Shown here piece after piece: positions 1 through 9,893 of a DNA stretch of 64,000 bases. Both the position numbers and the translations under genes were made by a program. Below the pieces are notes generated by a model. The model made no database searches, was not told the DNA's origin, and saw nothing but the letters and a program-made list of their open reading frames with translations. Positions within the stretch are counted from its first letter, which is position 1, and each line of letters opens with the position of its first letter. The DNA lies in assembly GCA_038231455.1 (NCBI GenBank), contig JBBRLI010000010.1, positions 1 through 64,000 of the forward strand. Reading direction: 5' to 3'. Source of the stretch: Vulcanimicrobiales bacterium (GTDB lineage: Bacteria; Vulcanimicrobiota; Vulcanimicrobiia; Vulcanimicrobiales; Vulcanimicrobiaceae).

Positions 1-82
1 GTTAAAGCTTTGCTCGGAAGCGGGACGGCAGTCGATCCGAGCACGTACACTTGCCACACGCTCTCATCTGCGAAGGATTGCT

Positions 83-1477
83 ATGGCTCGTCCCGCTGGA
101 ACCCTCGATCTTGCAACCGCCCTTGCTCCGTATGCCGGCCCGCTCGATACTCGCCGCGCAGCGCATCTGCTGCGTCGTGCCGGATTCGGCGGGTCGCCGA
201 CGGAGATCGCCAAGTACGCCGCGCTTTCTCCCGATGCTGCGGTGCGCTCAGTCATGGATTTCACTGCGTCACCGGGCCCGCTTGTAGCGCAGCTCGTGGA
301 CGCCCGCGGTATGACGCCGAAAGAGCGCAACATGACGCGGCGCAAGGACGGCATTGCGCTCACCGAGGCATGGTACCAGCGCATGCTCACGACTCCGGTG
401 CCGCTCCAAGAAAAGATGACGCTGTTCTGGCACGGACACTTCACAAGTGCGCTGCTCAAGCAAGTGTATGGCAACGACATGCTTATGCAAAACAATCTTT
501 ACCGTCGGTTTGCCCTCGGCAATGTGCGCGATTTGACGCATGCCGTGGCGTCCGATCCGGCAATGCTGAAGTATCTTGATAACGCGAATTCCAGCCGCGT
601 GCATCCGAATGAGAATTTCGCTCGCGAATTGATGGAGCTTTTCACGCTGGGTATCGGCAATTACACCGAGACGGACGTGCGCGAATCCGCGCGTTCTTTC
701 ACAGGCTGGACACTTTCGAAGCCGCACATCATTGGCTCGTTTATGATCGATCCGGCTCTCCACGACACCGGTTCGAAGACATTCCTCGGACGAACCGGTA
801 ATTTTGACGGCCGCGATATCGTCGACATTATCTTCGCGCAGCGCGCGGCGAGCAAGTTCTTCGCGAGTAAACTGCTGGATTATTTCGTCTATAACGAGCC
901 GGAACCGGAACTCGTCGACGCGGTCGCAACGGTGCTCGAAAATAACCGCTTCGAGATCAAACCGGTGCTCGCAACGCTTTTCAAGAGCAACGTTTTTTAC
1001 AGCGACCGCGCATACCGGGCTCTTGTCAAATCCCCGGTCGAATACGTCGTCGGCGCACAGCGTCTCTTCGGCATCGACCAAATGGATCGCGGCTCGTTCG
1101 ACGCGGTGCGGCGCATGGGTCAAGTCGTGTTCTATCCGCCGTCGGTAAAAGGTTGGGACGGCGGAGCGGCGTGGCTGTCGAGTAACACCCTTCTCGCACG
1201 CGAAAATTATGCAAGCGCGCTCTCATCTAATCCGAAAATGATCCAGACCGAATGGATGGCGACTGCACTTCGTAGCGATCCGGCCACGCTTACGAAGCAT
1301 CTCGTAGACACGATTTTGCAAGGCGATGTGTCGCCGCGCTCGGTTACCCGCGTCGTTGCTTATCTGAACGGTGCTGGAGTCGAGACAATGAGTATGCTGT
1401 CCGGTGAAAATATCGACGAACGCGTGCGCGGTGCCGCGTATCTCACTATGGCGATGCCCGCCTTCCAGTTGAACTAG
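83..1477 (+). CDS. DUF1800 family protein
   Basis: Motifs AAHLLRRAGFG, LQEKMTLFWHGHF, PNENFARELMELFTLG, PPSVKGW; directly upstream of a DUF1501 gene. Confidence 0.9.
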   Translation: MARPAGTLDLATALAPYAGPLDTRRAAHLLRRAGFGGSPTEIAKYAALSPDAAVRSVMDFTASPGPLVAQLVDARGMTPKERNMTRRKDGIALTEAWYQRMLTTPVPLQEKMTLFWHGHFTSALLKQVYGNDMLMQNNLYRRFALGNVRDLTHAVASDPAMLKYLDNANSSRVHPNENFARELMELFTLGIGNYTETDVRESARSFTGWTLSKPHIIGSFMIDPALHDTGSKTFLGRTGNFDGRDIVDIIFAQRAASKFFASKLLDYFVYNEPEPELVDAVATVLENNRFEIKPVLATLFKSNVFYSDRAYRALVKSPVEYVVGAQRLFGIDQMDRGSFDAVRRMGQVVFYPPSVKGWDGGAAWLSSNTLLARENYASALSSNPKMIQTEWMATALRSDPATLTKHLVDTILQGDVSPRSVTRVVAYLNGAGVETMSMLSGENIDERVRGAAYLTMAMPAFQLN

Positions 1478-1478
1478 G

Positions 1479-2711
1479 ATGACGACCATGCAACGTTCGC
1501 GATTTTTACTCGGCGCGCTCAGCGGCCTCACCGTCGTGGGCAGCACCGATTCGATCTTCTCCCGCGCGCTCGCGCAATCACCGCTCGCCGGGCTTCCCGG
1601 CGGCGCTGACGACCGCGTGCTCATCGTGATCAATTTCCAGGGCGGCAACGACGGGCTCAACACGGTGGTCCCGCACGGACTGCGTTCGTACTACAACTAT
1701 CGCCCCACACTCGGCATCGCTCCGAACGACGTTCTGCAGATCGACAAAACCGTCGGCCTTAATCCGGCTCTCGCGCCGCTGAAGAAGATGTACGACGCCG
1801 GAAACGTTGCCATCGTACAAAATGTCGGCTATCCGCAACCGGATCATTCACACTTCCGCTCGACCGAGATCTGGCAGACTGCCGCGCCGACGACCTACGA
1901 ACATACCGGGTGGCTTGGGCGCTATCTCGATAGCGCCGACCTCGATGAGAAAAATCTCTTCAACGGAATCGCACTTGCTCAAGTGTTGCCCGAGGCAATG
2001 ATCGCACGGAAAATCGATTGTCCCGCGATCGCACAGCTCGGCGGTTACGGGCTCACAAGCGATCGGAACGCCGGCAGCAAAGCGGCCTTCGGTTCGATCA
2101 TCAAAGATAGCGATGTGCCGTTCAAGTCGCCGTATCTTGCAGCGGTGGCAGAGATCGAAGATCATGCCCAGCGCGGAAGCGAACAACTTCCGCAGCTGAT
2201 CTCCGGTTACAAGTCATCGGCAAATTACCCGGCAACGCAACTTGGGCGCAGCCTCGCGCTCGCGGCGCAAATCGTCGGCAGCCGCCTCGGCACGCGCGTC
2301 CTCTACATCCAGCACGGCTCATTCGATACGCACGTCGCGCAAAAAGGCGTCCAAGATCGACTTCTGGCCGAGTTTGGTAACGCGATCGAAGCATTCTACG
2401 CCGATCTTGCGGCACATGGCAACGACAAGCGCGTGCTCACCATGACGTTTTCCGAATTCGGTCGCCGCGTCGGCGAGAACGCGAGTCGCGGAACCGATCA
2501 CGGCACCGCCGCTCCGCTCTTCTTAATCGGCGGGAACGTCAAAGGTGGACTCTATGGCGACTATCCCGCGCTCGATAATCTCGATAACGGCGACCTGCGC
2601 TTCAGCGTCGATTTCCGAAGCGTCTACGCAACCGTGCTTGAAAAATGGCTCCGGCGGCCCGCTGCAGGTGTCGTCGCGGGGACGTTCCCGCTCGTTGCGG
2701 CCTTAGGATAG
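1479..2711 (+). CDS. DUF1501 family protein (Tat-like leader)
   Basis: QRSRFL leader, GGNDGLNTVVP, HSHFRS, FDTH, SEFGRR, GTDHG motifs. Confidence 0.9.
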   Translation: MTTMQRSRFLLGALSGLTVVGSTDSIFSRALAQSPLAGLPGGADDRVLIVINFQGGNDGLNTVVPHGLRSYYNYRPTLGIAPNDVLQIDKTVGLNPALAPLKKMYDAGNVAIVQNVGYPQPDHSHFRSTEIWQTAAPTTYEHTGWLGRYLDSADLDEKNLFNGIALAQVLPEAMIARKIDCPAIAQLGGYGLTSDRNAGSKAAFGSIIKDSDVPFKSPYLAAVAEIEDHAQRGSEQLPQLISGYKSSANYPATQLGRSLALAAQIVGSRLGTRVLYIQHGSFDTHVAQKGVQDRLLAEFGNAIEAFYADLAAHGNDKRVLTMTFSEFGRRVGENASRGTDHGTAAPLFLIGGNVKGGLYGDYPALDNLDNGDLRFSVDFRSVYATVLEKWLRRPAAGVVAGTFPLVAALG

Positions 2712-2753
2712 CCGAGCCGACGCCGCCTGCCCGAATTCGTACGTGACCCAACG

Positions 2754-2788
2754 AACGCCACGCGATGCATGCATCGTGTGGCGTTTGT
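2754..2788 (+). terminator. Near-perfect palindromic hairpin after DUF1501, probable terminator
   Basis: AACGCCACGCGATGCA|TGCATCGTGTGGCGTT followed by TGT. Confidence 0.55.
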
Positions 2789-2896
2789 CCGATCGGCCAT
2801 CTGTCGAATCCAAAACCGCATAAGTCGCGAGGAGCGTCCGCGCAAGCCGCATAACGACCGATTTCCCTCCGCTTGCTGACCGACTGAGGTAACTTG

Positions 2897-4402
2897 GTGC
2901 GTTTTCGACCGCTGGCTCTTGCTGCGACCCTGCTCGTCTCGCTGACGGCGACGCCGCTGCGCGCGGCCGATTTCAGCGTCACGATTTCCCAAGGCGTCGA
3001 CGTCGATACGCTCTCGCCGCTCCGCACGACGAACACGCCGACCTTCAACGTGGTGGGGCAGATCTACGAGCAGCTCGGGTACCCCGACGGTCCGGGGAAA
3101 ATGGTGCCGCAACTTGCGACGTCGTGGAAGCGGCTGGGACCAAACCTTTTCGAGTTTAAGCTCCGGAAGAACGTGAAATTCTCGAACGGCGATCCCATGA
3201 CGAGTGACGACGTGCGTTTTAGCGTCGAGAAAATCAAAGACCCCGCATATCGGTCGACACAGGGCCCCTACGTTCGCGAAATTGTCAAGATCGAAACGCC
3301 CGACCCGTACACGGTTCGCTTCACGACGGCAACGCCCCAGGCGCTCTTTCCCGGAACGCGACAACGCCTCTATATCGTCGATGCGAAATACTGGCGCGCG
3401 CACGACAATGCGTACCTCGAAACAAATCCCATCGGCACCGGCCCGTACGTGATCAAATCGTGGCACAAAGATGAATCGGTCGAACTCGACGTTAACCCGA
3501 ACTACTGGGGCCCGCAGCCGGCGGTAAAACACGTCGTCTTCAAGCCGATCCCCGATGCCGCATCGCGCGTGGCGGCACTGCGCACGAACGAGACGGATAT
3601 CATCACGAACGTTCCGCCGCAGTACGTCTCGACGCTCGTAAGTGGCCGGACGACGGATATGGCGAGCGTCAAGAGCGTGCGCATCCTCTACATCGCTTTC
3701 AACACGCTGCAGCCGGGTCCGCAGCAGAACAAGCTCGTGCGTCAGGCGCTCAATTATGCGCTCGATGTCCCATCGATTATCAAGAACGTGCTGGGCGGTC
3801 GTGCGTATCCCGTCCCCTCGGTCATCCCGACCAACTTCTTTGGATTCGATCCGCACGCAGCCGCGTACACGCACGACGTAGCGAAATCGAAGTCCCTCCT
3901 TGCCAAGGCCGGCTATCCGGATGGCAAAGGGATCGATCTTGTTTTGCAATCCCCGAACGGCCGCTACAATCGCGATAAAGAAATCTGCGAGGCCGTCGCC
4001 GGCCAACTCGCGCTCGTCGGCGTGCACGTGACGGTCAAGACCAACGAGTGGACGAATTATACAACCGAGATCGCAAAGAAACAGGTCGGGCCGATGTTTA
4101 TGCTCGGCTGGGGTATCACGAACTACGATGCCGACGGCGTCGTGACCGGTATTCTCACGAGCGATGCGCCAAACTCCGCGTGGGTGAATCCGGAGTTCGA
4201 CAAAACCGTCTTCGCCGCACGGGCCGAACTCGACACGAGAAAACGTCAAGCGCTCTATGCAAAAGCCCAGGCGATCGCGCACGAAGATGCGCCCTGGCTC
4301 TTTCTCTTTCAGTTTGAAGACCTCTACGCGGTGTCCAAACGCATCTCGTGGCAACCGCGCGGCGATGAGTCGATCGACGTGAAATTGATCAAACCGCGGT
4401 AG
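2897..4402 (+). CDS. Peptide/nickel ABC transporter substrate-binding protein (family 5)
   Basis: Signal peptide, LRKNVKFSNGDP, PIGTGPY, VRQALNYALD; GAGG RBS before GTG. Confidence 0.9.
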   Translation: MRFRPLALAATLLVSLTATPLRAADFSVTISQGVDVDTLSPLRTTNTPTFNVVGQIYEQLGYPDGPGKMVPQLATSWKRLGPNLFEFKLRKNVKFSNGDPMTSDDVRFSVEKIKDPAYRSTQGPYVREIVKIETPDPYTVRFTTATPQALFPGTRQRLYIVDAKYWRAHDNAYLETNPIGTGPYVIKSWHKDESVELDVNPNYWGPQPAVKHVVFKPIPDAASRVAALRTNETDIITNVPPQYVSTLVSGRTTDMASVKSVRILYIAFNTLQPGPQQNKLVRQALNYALDVPSIIKNVLGGRAYPVPSVIPTNFFGFDPHAAAYTHDVAKSKSLLAKAGYPDGKGIDLVLQSPNGRYNRDKEICEAVAGQLALVGVHVTVKTNEWTNYTTEIAKKQVGPMFMLGWGITNYDADGVVTGILTSDAPNSAWVNPEFDKTVFAARAELDTRKRQALYAKAQAIAHEDAPWLFLFQFEDLYAVSKRISWQPRGDESIDVKLIKPR

Positions 4403-5319
4403 TGCTCGCATTTTTGTTACGCCGCCTCGCCGGCTCGCTTGCGGTGCTCGCGGGCGTTGCGGCAGTGGTGTTCTTTATCTTGCACCTGACCGGCGATCCA
4501 GCTGCGATCATGGTCGCGCCCGATGCGACCAAAGATGAGATCGCGGCGTTCCGTCACGCACAGGGGTTCGATCGGCCACTCGTCGTGCAATTCGTCTCGT
4601 ACGCGGGCGGGCTCTTACACGGCGATATCGGCAAGTCACTGCGCCACGAAACACCGGCGCTCGCCCTCGTCCTCGAACGCCTTCCTGCAACGATGGAGCT
4701 GGCATTTTTTGCGCTGGGCGTGATGTTGCTCGTTGCCGTTCCCGCGGGCGTCGTCTCGGCGATCAAACCGAATTCGGCGGTCGATTGGATCGTGCGCGTC
4801 TTTGCACTTGTCGGTCAAAGCGCGCCGACGTACTGGATCGGCTTGATGCTCATTCTGCTCTTCGGCGTGGGGCTTGGCTGGCTTCCGGTGAGCGGTATCG
4901 GCGGACTGCGTCACCTCATTCTGCCCGGACTGACGCTTGGGTTCTTCTCCGCAGCGAAGATCATGCGTCTCACGCGTGCATCGATGCTGGAAACGCTCGG
5001 TACCGACTATCTTCGCACGGCAGCCGCCAAAGGGCTTGCACCGGTTCGCGTAATTGTCAATCATGCGCTCCGGAACGCGTGGCTTCCGATCGTCACGGCG
5101 GTTGGGATCGAATTCGGAACGCTGCTCTCCGGCGCCATCATCACGGAGAACATCTTCGCTTGGCCGGGAATCGGGAGGCTCGCCGTCCAGGGCGTGCTCG
5201 ACCGCGACTTCCCGGTCGTGGAGGGCGTCGTGCTGATGACCGCGACGATCTTCGTTCTGATCAACGTGCTCGTCGATGTGACGTACGCCGCGCTCGATCC
5301 GCGGATTCGGTACGAATGA
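4402..5319 (+). CDS. Peptide ABC transporter permease (DppB-like)
   Basis: Hydrophobic; DYLRTAAAKGL loop, ENIFAWPGIG, LDPRIR end. Confidence 0.92.
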   Translation: MLAFLLRRLAGSLAVLAGVAAVVFFILHLTGDPAAIMVAPDATKDEIAAFRHAQGFDRPLVVQFVSYAGGLLHGDIGKSLRHETPALALVLERLPATMELAFFALGVMLLVAVPAGVVSAIKPNSAVDWIVRVFALVGQSAPTYWIGLMLILLFGVGLGWLPVSGIGGLRHLILPGLTLGFFSAAKIMRLTRASMLETLGTDYLRTAAAKGLAPVRVIVNHALRNAWLPIVTAVGIEFGTLLSGAIITENIFAWPGIGRLAVQGVLDRDFPVVEGVVLMTATIFVLINVLVDVTYAALDPRIRYE

Positions 5320-6200
5320 CGGCGATCGGTCTCGATGCGGCGTCTTCGGCAACGCCGCAGGCGCGTCGTCGTCCGCTTAATCCATCAATGATCGTCGGTA
5401 GTATCATCGTCGTTCTTGTTGGTCTCATCGCGATCTTTACGCCCGTTCTCGCGCACGCCGATCCGAATCTGCAAGATCTCACGAAGACGAGCGTCGTTCC
5501 CGCTTGGCTCTCCGGTGGAAGCATGGAGCATCTGCTGGGCACCGATCATCTCGGACGCGATATGTTCGCTCGCATCATCTTCGGTTCGCGTATCGCAGCG
5601 ATCGTCGGCCTTTCGGTGGTTCTCATCGGCGGTACGATTGGCGTGACACTCGGCCTGCTCGCAGGCTATGCCGGCGGTTGGATCGACGATGTGATCGGCC
5701 GCGTTGTCGACGTCCAACTCGCCTTCCCGTTCATTTTGCTTGCCGTCGCGCTCGTTGCAGTACTCGGGTCGAGCGTTACGACCGTGATTGCGGTGCTGGG
5801 CATTACGAGCTGGGTGCAATACGTACGCGTGGTTCGCGCTGAAACCAAGGCCTTACGTCAGCGCGACTTTATCATGGCGGCGCACGCGACCGGCGCGACG
5901 CACGCGCGCATCATCTTCGTCCACATTTTGCCGAACATCGCCTCGGTCGTGATCGTGCTTGCGACCTTCGAAGTTGCGCGCGCGATCATCCTCGAATCGG
6001 CGCTCTCGTTTCTGGGTCTGGGCGTTCCGCAAGCGATCCCGTCGTGGGGAGCAATGCTCGCCGACGGTCGCCAATTTCTCGACACGGCCTGGTGGATCGG
6101 CACGTTTCCGGGCCTCGCCATCATGCTGACCGTTTTGGGCGTCAACGTTTTCGGTGACGGTCTGCGCGACTACGTCGATCCGCGCTCGCGAATGGGTTAG
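5316..6200 (+). CDS. Peptide ABC transporter permease (DppC-like)
   Basis: LLGTDHLGRD, ESALSFLGLG, GDGLRDYVDPR; ATGA overlap with upstream permease. Confidence 0.92.
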   Translation: MTAIGLDAASSATPQARRRPLNPSMIVGSIIVVLVGLIAIFTPVLAHADPNLQDLTKTSVVPAWLSGGSMEHLLGTDHLGRDMFARIIFGSRIAAIVGLSVVLIGGTIGVTLGLLAGYAGGWIDDVIGRVVDVQLAFPFILLAVALVAVLGSSVTTVIAVLGITSWVQYVRVVRAETKALRQRDFIMAAHATGATHARIIFVHILPNIASVVIVLATFEVARAIILESALSFLGLGVPQAIPSWGAMLADGRQFLDTAWWIGTFPGLAIMLTVLGVNVFGDGLRDYVDPRSRMG

Positions 6201-6481
6201 TCCTCAATTTCAAAAATTCGGTCAAGCTCGGTGAGCGCGAAGACTTTGCGGATGTGTGGACGGAGCCCGCGAAGCTGAATGACGGCCGTTGGCCCCATCT
6301 TCTTTTTCAGGCGAATAAAGCAAGTGAGTGCCGTCGAGTCGATATACGTCGTTTCCGACATATCGATGGAGACCGCGGTAACGGTCTCAGCGGGTTTGAG
6401 AAGTTCGCTCAAGAGCGCGCTTGAGGCCAAATCAAATTCGCCCGCGAGTCGAAGGCGCAATATGGGGTCAGATTCCGTCAA
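6197..6481 (-). CDS. STAS-domain anti-sigma factor antagonist
   Basis: LAGEFDL and IDMSETTYIDSTAL motifs; TTG start behind GGGAGAG. Confidence 0.82.
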   Translation of the reverse strand: MTESDPILRLRLAGEFDLASSALLSELLKPAETVTAVSIDMSETTYIDSTALTCFIRLKKKMGPTAVIQLRGLRPHIRKVFALTELDRIFEIED

Positions 6482-6608
6482 CGAACTCTCCCGCAGATGG
6501 ACGTAGCGAGCGTCGGAGGACGCAGAATCCGTATGGTATCGCGCACGCGTTCGGTTGACTGTCGGGTACGCGACATAGCGGCTGGTTTTTTTTGCTATAG
6601 TCTCGGCT

Positions 6609-7316
6609 ATGCTGACTGAAGATGTGCTTTCGAAGAACGCCATACTCGATGTCTTGGCGCGAGCCGATTCCGGATCGCTCGCCGACATACGGTTGGTCGA
6701 CCTAGAGCGGGAGGAAATGCTCGTCCCCGTTGGTGCGCCGATCGACCGTGTCTATTTCCCCGTCGATGCGGTCATTTCGGTCGTGAACTTGCTCAAAGAT
6801 GGCGCGTCCATCGAAGTCGGTACGGTCGGCAGAGAGGGGACCACCGGCGTGTATGCTGCGCTGGGCGCGACGAGCGTCCCGAATTTGATCAACTGTCAGG
6901 TCGACGGGCAGTGCTTCGTCATGTCGCGTGTGGCATTCGAGCTGCGTTTGGCGAGCATCGCGGAATTTCGCGTGGCCGTTTCCCGCTTTACGCTTGCCTA
7001 CCTCAACGTTATGGCGCAGCTGGTCGCCTGCAACCGCTCCCACTCAATCGACCAGCGCTGCGCTCGATGGCTCCTCATAACGCTCGATCGCGTCGGCAGA
7101 CCGACGTTCCCACTCACGCAAGAATATCTCGCGATGATGATGGGCGTGAGTCGCAGTGGCGTAAACGCAGCGGCAAGCGCGTACGCAGCAGCCGGATTTA
7201 TTACGTATTCACGCGGCTCGATGACGGTCCTCGACCGCGACCGTCTCATGGCCGAATCGTGCGAATGCTACGAGCGCACGCGCGCCGAATTCTCTCCACT
7301 TCTCGTACGAGGGTGA
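6609..7316 (+). CDS. Crp/Fnr family transcriptional regulator
   Basis: cNMP-like domain (VGTVGREG), QRCARWLL, LTQEYLAMMMGVSR HTH. Confidence 0.9.
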   Translation: MLTEDVLSKNAILDVLARADSGSLADIRLVDLEREEMLVPVGAPIDRVYFPVDAVISVVNLLKDGASIEVGTVGREGTTGVYAALGATSVPNLINCQVDGQCFVMSRVAFELRLASIAEFRVAVSRFTLAYLNVMAQLVACNRSHSIDQRCARWLLITLDRVGRPTFPLTQEYLAMMMGVSRSGVNAAASAYAAAGFITYSRGSMTVLDRDRLMAESCECYERTRAEFSPLLVRG

Positions 7317-7326
7317 CGCCGAACCC

Positions 7327-8094
7327 TCACCGCAATGCGGGATAGGGCGTCGGCGTCGGCAACGCCCCCGGCACGAGTCGCGGATCGGGTGCCGTCTCGC
7401 TGAATGCATAGTTGTCGAAGGTCGATTCGAACGCAAGTGTCGTTTGGCCGATGTGCATCGGTGCCACGAGCACAACGTGAAGGGAGAGCGACTTCATGAG
7501 GAAGTAGCCGTGATCGCTTGCGTAGTCCGCGCTCATCGTCCCGGAATCATTAAACCAGACGACGCGGATCGGTAGATCGGTCCCTTTGTCGATATACACA
7601 TCGCGAAACCACATCTTGGTTTCTTCGCGCGCCTTTGAACCGGGCGTCAGATGTAAGTGGGTAAGTCGTTCGCCCGCGTCGTCGACAACTTCGACGGCGT
7701 AGTTCTTGACCGCACGCGCGACGACGTTCGCATCGGTCTTGACCGATTCTTCGTAGTGCAGCGGGTCGGTATTGAAGATGCGAAATTGGACGTCATGGTG
7801 CGGACCTTTGCCGGTACTGAGCGTGAAGGTGCCGGCCATTTTGAAATGTGCGAGCGGATCGAGATTTGGCGGGGCAGGGAAGGGTGCCTCGAGCTCCTCT
7901 TTTCTCGTGCGTTCGTCAAAAACGAGCGCGACTTGATCGGCCGTGCGTACGGTGATGCGACGGTTGAATGCGTCATCCGCTTTGAGCATATGCATATTCG
8001 TATGCACGTCGTAAGTGGCGAACGGCGGGACTTTCGCGTAGACGGCAGCTACCGTATTCGCGCAGTGCATAAAAATCTCGGGCGCTGGAATCAT
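7327..8094 (-). CDS. Hypothetical protein (possibly LolA-like envelope protein)
   Basis: Open frame, ATG start chosen at 8094; VYIDKGTDLPIRV motif and Pro-rich C-terminus. Confidence 0.55.
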   Translation of the reverse strand: MIPAPEIFMHCANTVAAVYAKVPPFATYDVHTNMHMLKADDAFNRRITVRTADQVALVFDERTRKEELEAPFPAPPNLDPLAHFKMAGTFTLSTGKGPHHDVQFRIFNTDPLHYEESVKTDANVVARAVKNYAVEVVDDAGERLTHLHLTPGSKAREETKMWFRDVYIDKGTDLPIRVVWFNDSGTMSADYASDHGYFLMKSLSLHVVLVAPMHIGQTTLAFESTFDNYAFSETAPDPRLVPGALPTPTPYPALR

Positions 8095-8196
8095 AAACAC
8101 CCCATTACGGCAGCGACGGTTTTCCATTGAACGCAGCGAGGGCTGACTCGGTTCCACCGCCAGGGCCGGATGCGTTCGATGCGGCAAGGGCACGGA

Positions 8197-8613
8197 GTGG
8201 AATTTACGATCGGTCAGAGCGCTTCGGTCACCCGGACGGTCACCACGGCAGATGTCGAAGCCTTCGCCCGTCTTTCGGGAGATACGAATCCCGTCCACCT
8301 GGATGAGTCGTACGCCGAAAAGACCCGCTTTGGTCACCGCATCGCGCACGGCGCGATTGCCCTCGCCTACATCTCGGCCGTTCTCGGCTCGCACTTTCCC
8401 GGCCCCGGAACGATCTATCTGAGTCAAAAAGCTTCGTTCAAGAAGCCCGTCTACCACGGCGATGCGCTGACGGCGACCGTCACGGTCTCGGGCTTCCGGG
8501 CAGAACGGGGTATCCTTACTCTGGCGACCGAGGTGCGTAACGGCGACGGAGCGGTGGTCGTCGAGGGCGAAGCGGTTTGCCTGGTGACCGAGGTTGACCG
8601 AATCTCCATCTAG
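8197..8613 (+). CDS. phaJ: MaoC family (R)-specific enoyl-CoA hydratase, PhaJ-like
   Basis: FARLSGDTNPVHLDESYA..FGHRIAHG hydratase-2 motif; first gene of the PHA cluster. Confidence 0.82.
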   Translation: MEFTIGQSASVTRTVTTADVEAFARLSGDTNPVHLDESYAEKTRFGHRIAHGAIALAYISAVLGSHFPGPGTIYLSQKASFKKPVYHGDALTATVTVSGFRAERGILTLATEVRNGDGAVVVEGEAVCLVTEVDRISI

Positions 8614-8622
8614 GTGTAAAAT
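8594..8622 (+). promoter_or_regulatory. Sigma70-type promoter for phaQ-phaP
   Basis: TTGACC-N17-TAAAAT, followed by a GGGAGG-AACG-CCTCCC leader hairpin. Confidence 0.55.
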
Positions 8623-8658
8623 GTCACTAGGGAGGAACGCCTCCCGAAAGGTCCTCGT

Positions 8659-9066
8659 ATGAAATCCACCGAGCCAACCGGGAAAAGCGACGCCGGACTC
8701 CCCCCGCGTGGGACACCCAAAAACTACCTCATGGCGTGGCTGCTCGTAATGCTCAAAGATCTCAACCTGCACGGGTACGAGATTATGAAAGAGCTGCGCG
8801 AGAATTTTGCGGTGGTCTCGGACCCGGGAACGGTGTATCGCGCGCTTCGACAACTCGAACGCGACGGCTATATCTCCTCGTGGTGGGATGAAGCGGACCA
8901 AGGGCCGGCTCGGCGCGTCTACACGCTCACCGATACTGGCACGGATGCGCTCAAGATGTGGAGCACTGCGCTCGAGCAGTACCGCACGAATCTGGACGCG
9001 TTTTTTAGCCTCTACACCGGGCAGTGGACGAAGCCGCCCACGCCGCCCACCAAAGGAGATTCATGA
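8659..9066 (+). CDS. phaQ: PadR family PHB-responsive repressor, PhaQ-like
   Basis: PKNYL..LLVMLKD.NLHGY..DPGTVYRALRQLE..ISSWWD...GPARRVYTLT..FFSLY resembles Bacillus PhaQ; PHA context. Confidence 0.8.
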   Translation: MKSTEPTGKSDAGLPPRGTPKNYLMAWLLVMLKDLNLHGYEIMKELRENFAVVSDPGTVYRALRQLERDGYISSWWDEADQGPARRVYTLTDTGTDALKMWSTALEQYRTNLDAFFSLYTGQWTKPPTPPTKGDS

Positions 9067-9497
9067 ACACAAGCGACCAGAGCAAAACCTACACCGCGAT
9101 CGGCAACCAGATGTACGCGACCTTCGTCGACGCATTTGCCGCCTCGAATCAGCGCATGCTGGGCTTCGCGAAATCGTACTTCGACATCGTTGCGCGTCCG
9201 TATACGTCGACGGCGATCGAATCCGCGATGCGCGAAAATCTTGACCGCGTGAACCAGATCGTCGAACTCACCGTCGCCGAACTGCAGCACACCGGCACGC
9301 ACGCCTCGCAAGTCGCCGAGTCCCTCGCCGCCCACTCAACGACCCTTGGGGATCAGGCGATGGAAACGGCGCGGGGCCTCGTCAAAACCGGCGTTTCGAA
9401 CATGACCTACGTCAAAGAGACGACCGACAAGACGCTCGAAACGTTCGCCAGCCGCGTCCAAGAGATGCAGCAGCGCACGTCGCCGAGCCACAACTAG
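9063..9497 (+). CDS. Probable phasin (PhaP-like granule protein)
   Basis: 144-aa amphipathic helical protein, ATGA-coupled to phaQ, followed by a terminator. Confidence 0.6.
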   Translation: MNTSDQSKTYTAIGNQMYATFVDAFAASNQRMLGFAKSYFDIVARPYTSTAIESAMRENLDRVNQIVELTVAELQHTGTHASQVAESLAAHSTTLGDQAMETARGLVKTGVSNMTYVKETTDKTLETFASRVQEMQQRTSPSHN

Positions 9498-9499
9498 CC

Positions 9500-9856
9500 A
9501 TCGACCCAAAAGCGGGTTTCCCCGGCGCGGGCGGATCGCAAGATCCGCTCGCGTTTTTGCCTCAGTGGACGGCCGCGTTTGAAAACGCGAGTTCGAGTGA
9601 AGCCTTCGCTAAGCAACTTGGCACGGTGCTTTCGTCATACCTCGATTCGATGGCGCTCTCGCGCGACGCCGTTGACCGGGCGCTTGCCGCGGCAAACGTT
9701 CCTACGCGAACGGACCTTGCCGCACTCAGCGCGCGCGTCGATGCCCTCACGACGGCCCTCGATGAGGTTCTCGCCGCACTTACAATGACGAAAAAATCGA
9801 AGAAAAAATCGAAGAAAAAGCGCAAGGCGGCGGTCGCTAAGGGCGAATCGCACTAG
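9500..9856 (+). CDS. PHA synthase accessory subunit, PhaR/PhaE-like, with Lys-rich tail (ATC start inferred; first canonical start is TTG 9557)
   Basis: SEAFAKQLG..L..YLD and LAAANVPTRTDLAALSARVD resemble PhaR/PhaE; precedes phaB-phaC. Confidence 0.6.
   Translation: MDPKAGFPGAGGSQDPLAFLPQWTAAFENASSSEAFAKQLGTVLSSYLDSMALSRDAVDRALAAANVPTRTDLAALSARVDALTTALDEVLAALTMTKKSKKKSKKKRKAAVAKGESH
9526..9558 (+). terminator. Rho-independent terminator after phasin
   Basis: CGCGGGCGGATC-GCAA-GATCCGCTCGCG-TTTTT. Confidence 0.7.
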
Positions 9857-9893
9857 GGAAGGTCTGCCTCTATTCGCGTAGCATCGGTCCTAC

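Noticed and set aside
2624-4411. 595-aa minus-strand ORF
   Set aside because: Antisense shadow of the ABC substrate-binding gene; common in high-GC DNA and has no motifs
8095-8901. N-terminal half of the tracked 524-aa ORF 7327..8901
   Set aside because: Overlaps phaJ and phaQ in antisense; only the 3' part is a plausible gene
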